Shown one piece after another: positions 63,885 through 64,000 of a stretch of DNA of 64,000 bases. The stretch's first letter is position 1. Each line of letters opens with the position of its first letter. The notes below the pieces were generated by a model. The model saw only the letters and a program-made list of their open reading frames with translations, was not told where the DNA came from and ran no database searches. The stretch comes from Lytechinus pictus (taxonomy: Eukaryota). The stretch is from NCBI RefSeq assembly GCF_037042905.1, contig NC_087247.1, positions 12,896,001-12,960,000 of the forward strand. The letters are read 5' to 3'. The position numbers and the translations under genes were made by a program.

Positions 63885-64000
63885 GGATGGATTTATACGT
63901 GTTTGACTTTCACCTGCGGGCATTATAGTCTGCAGGCACAGACCCTGATTGAAACTTTGATCAACAAGCTAGTGGATCTCCACGCAAAGACTAGCACATA

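Overview
AT-rich, intron-rich animal genomic DNA with two assembly gaps. The repeat families and gene style suggest an echinoid (sea urchin), but that is inference. Genes were reconstructed by hand from GT-AG splice sites and reading frames. (1) A cluster of four small secreted, low-complexity proproteins: A (7139-9397, -), B (18428-20508, -), C (29375-30410, +) and D (36169-39277, +). They share a plan: non-coding first exon, a phase-1 signal-peptide exon (exactly 61 nt, starting ag|ATGAAG, in A, B and D), and a last exon with a basic convertase-type site, a Ser-rich block (casein-like SSSEE in A and B) and a different Thr-rich repeat in each gene. D also has an unrecognised 8-Cys domain. (2) Six intact phase-1 exons on the minus strand (four Ca-binding EGF exons, two beta-sandwich-like exons) interleaved with A and B; how they connect is unresolved. 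(3) An 8-exon minus-strand gene (47086-58459, about 1104 aa) encoding PDZ, a degenerate and probably GTPase-dead Roc, COR and a Death domain, with a perfect NF-kB-type site near its likely 5' end. Intergenic and intronic DNA holds many non-autonomous DNA transposons, tRNA-derived SINEs, tandem duplications and a Penelope-like palindrome with four hammerhead-like motifs.
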